Assembly: GCA_944332475.1 (NCBI GenBank)
Contig: CALVKA010000003.1
Coordinates: 163,257 to 227,256 of the forward strand
Reading direction: 5' to 3'
Source: an uncultured Bacilli bacterium
GTDB lineage: Bacteria; Bacillota_I; Bacilli_A; RF39; UBA660
DNA: 64,000 bases
Under the pieces are notes generated by a model. It worked only from the letters and a program-made list of their open reading frames with translations. It did not search any database and was not told the DNA's origin. The translations under genes were made by a program, and so were the position numbers. This document shows, piece by piece, positions 59,268 through 64,000 of the stretch (positions are counted from its first letter, which is position 1; each line of letters begins with the position of its first letter).

Positions 59268-60020
59268 TTAGTTTGCTTGTGTAACATTTAAATCTACTTT
59301 TAATTGTAGACAAGGATTTCCTGTTTCTTGTTCATATTTTCCACAGGCATAACCGAAGAAACTATCGGCATCGTCTTTTTCTAGATAAAGACCTGTTGCA
59401 ACTTTTTCTGAAAAATTCTCTTGTGTTACTGTATTATCTACTTGATACGTATCATCGACTAAAGTATAGTAATATACTCCTGCATCGTAAGTATATAAGC
59501 TATTCAATTTATAATAAGCACTTGCTTGATAATCCCAGTTTAACATTATTTTGAAGTTAATCATCTGTCCTATTTGGATGTCATCATGATCACTGGTTAA
59601 TTCTAAGATAAATGGATATTCTGTTTTTAAGCTTTCTACTAGTGCATCTTCTTGTCCTTCTTGCAAAAGCTCATTTCCTAATAGTTTGGCCGAAGTAATT
59701 GTATAATCGATATTAGCTGCAACATCACTATTATTTTGAATCTGTATATCATACTCAAATGGAATCATACCTGGTTTCATGTCTGTGATATCTATTATTA
59801 CTTCTTTAATCGCTCCATTTTCATTTAAAAACGATATATCCCAGTCAATAACACTTCCGTTTAATGTTAAGCCAGCCCTTGAAATATAAGTAAACCAGGC
59901 AAATGTATTCACCACTAGTAGTAAAGCAACCAGTAAAATACTTCGAATTACTATTTTTTTTCTGGACTTTTTGTTGTCTAGCTGGACTAAATTGTCAGAT
60001 AATTTCTTCCTTTTCTCCAT
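59268..60020 (-). CDS. TasA/camelysin-like protein with SipW-cognate-type signal peptide
   Basis: Signal region ...LLVVNTFAWFTY resembles the SipW-cognate class signal (A-x-F-(S/T)). Directly downstream of and overlapping a SipW-type peptidase gene; start chosen at internal Met (MEKRKKL). Confidence 0.4.
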   Translation of the reverse strand: MEKRKKLSDNLVQLDNKKSRKKIVIRSILLVALLLVVNTFAWFTYISRAGLTLNGSVIDWDISFLNENGAIKEVIIDITDMKPGMIPFEYDIQIQNNSDVAANIDYTITSAKLLGNELLQEGQEDALVESLKTEYPFILELTSDHDDIQIGQMINFKIMLNWDYQASAYYKLNSLYTYDAGVYYYTLVDDTYQVDNTVTQENFSEKVATGLYLEKDDADSFFGYACGKYEQETGNPCLQLKVDLNVTQAN

Positions 60021-60591
60021 TTTCTTCCGCTTCCTTGTCTTTTTTATCACGTTTCATTTCTGTTATCGTGTCAGCAATTTCTAAAAATATGACTGCTACA
60101 AGAGGTACAAATATCAAGAAGAAGAAGCCATATTGATTTTTAATGATATGATTGATTTCTGTAATTACAGGAATTTTCCCTACTACTTTACCATATATTT
60201 GGTTACCTTTGATTGAAGGGTCTTCTGCAATATTATTAATTCCTTTTGTAATATAGATTTTTTCTCCATTTTCTTCTTTTATTTCTATAATTCTATGGGT
60301 AACAATTCTTCCGTTTACATCTAATTTATTTCCTAGATAAGTAATGTCATCTCCTACTTTTAATTCATCTGTATTTATTTCTTTGATGGCTAATACATCA
60401 TTAACATTATATTCTGGTATCATACTTCCTGTTGCGACAGAGAAAATACGATATCCAAAAATACTTTGATTTCCTGAGATTCTTTGAATTAAGATAAAGG
60501 CTAGGTATAATATTAAGATTAGAAAAATAATAAATTTAATAATCTTATAGGGAATTTGAAAATATTTGCTGTCTAGTACTTTTCTTAACAT
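59995..60591 (-). CDS. sipW: signal peptidase I, SipW type (S26 family)
   Basis: VATGSMIPEYNVNDVLAIKE matches the SGSMEP...GDL catalytic-Ser box; N- and C-terminal TM segments. Start taken at the second Met to limit overlap with the upstream gene. Confidence 0.6.
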   Translation of the reverse strand: MLRKVLDSKYFQIPYKIIKFIIFLILILYLAFILIQRISGNQSIFGYRIFSVATGSMIPEYNVNDVLAIKEINTDELKVGDDITYLGNKLDVNGRIVTHRIIEIKEENGEKIYITKGINNIAEDPSIKGNQIYGKVVGKIPVITEINHIIKNQYGFFFLIFVPLVAVIFLEIADTITEMKRDKKDKEAEENGEKEEII

Positions 60592-61712
60592 ATACTCGTC
60601 TCCTCTAGTATGTTCCAATCCTTTATATATTTCTTTTCTTCTTCTTCTAATTTGTCTAATAACAATTTTTTAATTTTTCTTTTCTTTTCTTCATTAGCTG
60701 ACTTAATTAACTTTAGTTGTTTATCAAATAATTCTTTAATTTCTTTTTCTGTGATTTCATAATTACTATCTAGTATATTTTCAATTAAGCGATTCATTGT
60801 TTGGGATAGTAATTTATCACTCGTTACTTTTTGTCCTTCATGGTTTAATACCTTGTTAGCAATATATAAAGATAAAAATGCTTGGTTGTATTGTTGTTTT
60901 AAATCGCTTTCGTCATAGTAGTCTTTCTTTTCTCTTTCGTTGGTGTCTTTATCTTCATACATTTGAATATAATTCCATAAGTTTTCTGCTTTTTGGAAAT
61001 TTGGATTTTTTAAAATTACGTTCGTTTTTCTAATAGGTGAACGAACTGGTGGGGTATGGGCTTTTGTTAATGTCTGCATCAATTCTGATCCCATAAAACC
61101 ATCTAATTGAATTTTAATTCTTTTTAATTTATCGGCAATGGATTCTTCAGAAGATGTGTCTTTAGAATTTAATTTTGCTTCATTTTTTGATGAAATATCT
61201 AGTGATATTTCTACTTCTTCTGTATCAATTACAGTATTTGCTTCATAGCGTAGTTCTTTTCTATCTTTAAAGAAAGAGAACTCACCTGTTTCATTTTTTC
61301 TTTTTTCGAAGAATGTCCTTGTATTATTAATTAGTGTATAAATAAATCTATTTTCATAGGTGTCTAGACTTTCTTCTTTGTTGATATTTAGAATTTTGGA
61401 TGGTTTTACATCCCCGTTATCTTCAATCTTTTGAATATAGTTTGTATGTTGTGTCAAGTGGATAATACTTTCTACTGTTACTTTTTTTGATTTTTCTACT
61501 TGTACTACCTCTTCTTCGTTGATAATAAATCTCTTAGGATTTCTTAGAATGTTATCAATATAAGGAAGGGTCTCATCGATAATATCTATCCATTCATAGT
61601 CATACTCTCTTTTTTCATAATCTGTTTTTACAGAAAGTATGGCATTCATATTGTTGGTAAAAATATCTTGATTGGTGGATTGTTCCAATACTTCTTGTTC
61701 TTCTTGATCCAT
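60585..61712 (-). CDS. unknown 375-aa coiled-coil protein in the McrC position of an McrB-like module
   Basis: Immediately downstream (19-nt gap) of the McrB-like GTPase; C-terminal Lys/Glu-rich coiled coil; no McrC DAKYK-type nuclease motif found. Confidence 0.4.
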   Translation of the reverse strand: MDQEEQEVLEQSTNQDIFTNNMNAILSVKTDYEKREYDYEWIDIIDETLPYIDNILRNPKRFIINEEEVVQVEKSKKVTVESIIHLTQHTNYIQKIEDNGDVKPSKILNINKEESLDTYENRFIYTLINNTRTFFEKRKNETGEFSFFKDRKELRYEANTVIDTEEVEISLDISSKNEAKLNSKDTSSEESIADKLKRIKIQLDGFMGSELMQTLTKAHTPPVRSPIRKTNVILKNPNFQKAENLWNYIQMYEDKDTNEREKKDYYDESDLKQQYNQAFLSLYIANKVLNHEGQKVTSDKLLSQTMNRLIENILDSNYEITEKEIKELFDKQLKLIKSANEEKKRKIKKLLLDKLEEEEKKYIKDWNILEETSIC

Positions 61713-61731
61713 GAGATTCCCTCCTTTATTC

Positions 61732-63285
61732 TTATACTAGTTTCTTTAGTCTTAATAAGTACTCTTTACATTCATTAAAGTTTTCTTTTCCAAATTCTTT
61801 GTTTAGAAAATCAATAAATCCATCGATTTCATCTCTGATATAAGCTAAGTTCAATTGTTCGAACTTTCTTAAGATTTTTCTAGCAATATAGTAATCTACT
61901 CCGTCTACTTCTGTTCCTCCACATTCTATGTAGGTTGCGACAAAGTCTCTCATTTGTTTAACAATACGGTTACCGAAAGCAATACGGAAATGTTTGATTA
62001 CATAGTCATCCATTTCACTAATTTTTTGTTCCATATCTTCTGATAATGGGTGCTTTTGTTTGGCATCTGCAAATAATCCTTCTAGATATGAGCTGTTGAT
62101 ATTCATTGCTTCTGTATCTGTTGGAGTAAATGGTTGCCCCTTATCATTGATGTCGATTGGCATAGCACGGTCGTATACCTTATCTGTAACGGCAAATGTA
62201 GAGTCATCATTATTGATGGTTCCGATATACCACATGTTACCGGGAATTTGTAATTTACCATTTTTTAATTTTTTAGGGTCTGTATCCCAACTACTTGGTA
62301 CTAACTCAATTACCCATTCATCACGGCTAGGCATTTCTAGAATAGATAACATTTCGGCGAAATAATATTCGACACGAGCGATGTTCATTTCATCTAGTAC
62401 GGTTACATAAACATCATCTGTGTAACCTGCTATATACATTCCTTTTAACACATCTGTTTCGTTGAACTTTTTCGTAAACTCATTGAAATAACCAAATAAT
62501 TCTGTACGGTCTCTCCATGATGGTTGAACAGATGCGATGATAGCGTCACGTTTGATAAATTTTCCCCAGGCGTAAGCAAGGGATGTCTTACCAGTACCAG
62601 AGATACCTTGTAGGATTACAAGTTTTGTTGCAGATAAAGCTGATATGAATAATCGAATCATTTTGGTTGTGTAATATAGTTTTAATTTTGATGCTGCAAA
62701 ATTTCTAAATTCTTCGACTAATTCTTCTAGTGTAAATGTGTTGTTATAGTTTTGTACTTTATAATCTCTATATTGCAAGTCGATAGCATGTAGCTTGGAG
62801 AAACGATATTTGCTGTCGTCTTCGTCTAGTGCTGGATCTTCTCCTTCTTTTGCTTCTGCTGGTTTTGTTTCTTCTTCACTTAATATTTCTGCTTCTCCTG
62901 GTTTTAATCCTAATTGAGAAACTTTCATGGCTAGTATTTCTTCTTTTTCTTTTACTAGGGTTGCGACTTTATTATTTAATTCACCTATTTCATTTAACAT
63001 TGATTCTTGTTCTACTAATGTTTTTCTAAATCTTAAATATTTTCTAATTAGTAACCAAAGTAATAGTAAAATCAATCCTAACATGATAACTAAAACAATA
63101 ATCGCTATGATAACTAAGACCCATTCTGCCATTTGAAAGTCATTTTTGTAAAATTGAATAATATATAGATATTCACTAAAATCAAACATTTGGGCAAATC
63201 CTAGTACAATACCTCGCCCTATTGTAAATAGTCCATTAAAGAAAACAGACATAAATTCATATAAAAATCTTATAAATGTGTCCAT
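61732..63285 (-). CDS. McrB-like AAA+ GTPase (AAA_5) with N-terminal transmembrane helices and coiled-coil in place of a DNA-binding domain
   Basis: Walker A LQGISGTGKTSL; McrB-signature LDEMNIARVEYYFAEMLSILE and IGTINNDD. N-terminal 90 aa contain two hydrophobic helices (FFNGLFTIGRGIVLGFAQMF; WVLVIIAIIVLVIMLGLILLLLWLLI), then a coiled coil and an acidic linker. Confidence 0.7.
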   Translation of the reverse strand: MDTFIRFLYEFMSVFFNGLFTIGRGIVLGFAQMFDFSEYLYIIQFYKNDFQMAEWVLVIIAIIVLVIMLGLILLLLWLLIRKYLRFRKTLVEQESMLNEIGELNNKVATLVKEKEEILAMKVSQLGLKPGEAEILSEEETKPAEAKEGEDPALDEDDSKYRFSKLHAIDLQYRDYKVQNYNNTFTLEELVEEFRNFAASKLKLYYTTKMIRLFISALSATKLVILQGISGTGKTSLAYAWGKFIKRDAIIASVQPSWRDRTELFGYFNEFTKKFNETDVLKGMYIAGYTDDVYVTVLDEMNIARVEYYFAEMLSILEMPSRDEWVIELVPSSWDTDPKKLKNGKLQIPGNMWYIGTINNDDSTFAVTDKVYDRAMPIDINDKGQPFTPTDTEAMNINSSYLEGLFADAKQKHPLSEDMEQKISEMDDYVIKHFRIAFGNRIVKQMRDFVATYIECGGTEVDGVDYYIARKILRKFEQLNLAYIRDEIDGFIDFLNKEFGKENFNECKEYLLRLKKLV

Positions 63286-63287
63286 AC

Positions 63288-63995
63288 TTATCCTTCCTTA
63301 CTAAATAAAATTCCTTTCATATTGACTGGTTCTTCTTTTTCGATGATAGAAAAATCCTTTTGTTTATATCCTGTTATCATTAAATAAACAAAATAGTTTG
63401 AGCTATCTATTGCCTCTATTTTACCTGGAATATCTATGATGTGTGTTAGGTCTTGATAACAGATGAATTGATATCCTTCTTTTTTCTTTTCTTGAATGGT
63501 TTTACTGGTTAACATTTGGTTATAACTAATTCCTAATAGCGTATGTTGTTTTAAGATATCATCGTCTAATAATTGATAGACTGTGTTTATCCATTCTTTT
63601 TTGGTCCATAAACTATCTGGTATTAGGATAATGTAGTTACCAAATGGCCTTTTTTCTACTAGTTGCTGCAATATTATTTGATTCAATAAAATAACAGATA
63701 GTTTTATTTTTTCTGCTACTATTTTTTCTTCTTGATCTACTCTTTTTACTAAACTTTTCTTATAGATATCTAATTGCTTTATATTTGATATTATTTTTAG
63801 TTCCCATAAATTTTCTTCATAGGGAATTTGATTTAACATAAAATTTTTGTTAGGGCTTAATACTGTTTTGATTACTCTTTCTGTTTCTTGCCATTTTTTT
63901 ATCCATGTTTTCGTGGCTGTTTGTAATACAGGAAGTTGTCTATTTAATTTATTTATTATATTGGTTACTATCTCTTCTACATTTTCAGTAGTCAC
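63288..63995 (-). CDS. hypothetical protein, first gene of the McrB-like module (N-terminus may extend beyond the window)
   Basis: Stop overlaps the McrB-like start (coupled). GTG at 63993-63995 is the furthest in-window start, with no upstream stop before the window edge. Confidence 0.35.
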   Translation of the reverse strand: MTTENVEEIVTNIINKLNRQLPVLQTATKTWIKKWQETERVIKTVLSPNKNFMLNQIPYEENLWELKIISNIKQLDIYKKSLVKRVDQEEKIVAEKIKLSVILLNQIILQQLVEKRPFGNYIILIPDSLWTKKEWINTVYQLLDDDILKQHTLLGISYNQMLTSKTIQEKKKEGYQFICYQDLTHIIDIPGKIEAIDSSNYFVYLMITGYKQKDFSIIEKEEPVNMKGILFSKEG

Positions 63996-64000
63996 TTTTT

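Noticed and set aside
60592-60618. SipW start at 60618 (overlapping the upstream gene by 34 nt)
   Set aside because: The second in-frame Met (60591) reduces the overlap to 7 nt and still precedes the TM segment; the choice is uncertain.

Overview
Low-GC (AT-rich) Firmicutes-type chromosomal segment from a spore-former, judged from cotJB-cotJC, SipW/TasA-like genes and sortase. Genes are densely packed and run mostly on the minus strand.

(1) Positions 1-10169: a defence island sitting against the 3' side of a tRNA-His gene. It holds a Type I R-M system (hsdM, hsdS, an extra half-hsdS, hsdR running off the left edge), a PrrC-like anticodon nuclease inserted between hsdS and hsdR, an unknown 148-aa gene, a HEPN-like/CBS protein, a Fic protein and an unknown 245-aa gene. 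hsdS carries a (TGTC)8 tetranucleotide repeat at its 3' end and a 12-bp x3 repeat in its central conserved region. Both are classic phase- or specificity-variation devices.

(2) Housekeeping genes: cotJB-cotJC, glmS preceded by a glmS ribozyme, recG, single-chain pyruvate:ferredoxin oxidoreductase, tdk, Sir2 deacetylase, rluA-type pseudouridine synthase, NUDIX enzymes, a CDF transporter and a hybrid sensor kinase.

(3) Cell-envelope genes: a sortase with a surface protein carrying an NPETSDG-type sorting signal, and an arylsulfotransferase-like protein with a thioredoxin partner. There is a glycosylation cluster (Alg14/Alg13-like, GT4, GT2) next to a Pro/Ala-rich protein with ~99-bp tandem repeats. 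Two SipW-type signal peptidase loci are present, one with TasA/camelysin-like cargo.

(4) Positions 35187-36059: mobile-element debris, with integrase halves on opposite strands fused to an IS3 OrfB fragment.

(5) Positions 40439-40616: a candidate small structured RNA between an acyltransferase gene and the PFOR gene, with a strong sigma-A promoter, four hairpins and an intrinsic terminator.

(6) Right edge, 60585-64000: a tightly packed module of a membrane-anchored, coiled-coil McrB-like AAA+ GTPase flanked by two unknown proteins. This is an unusual McrBC-derived arrangement and the best candidate for an undescribed system.

No CRISPR array and no rRNA are present.
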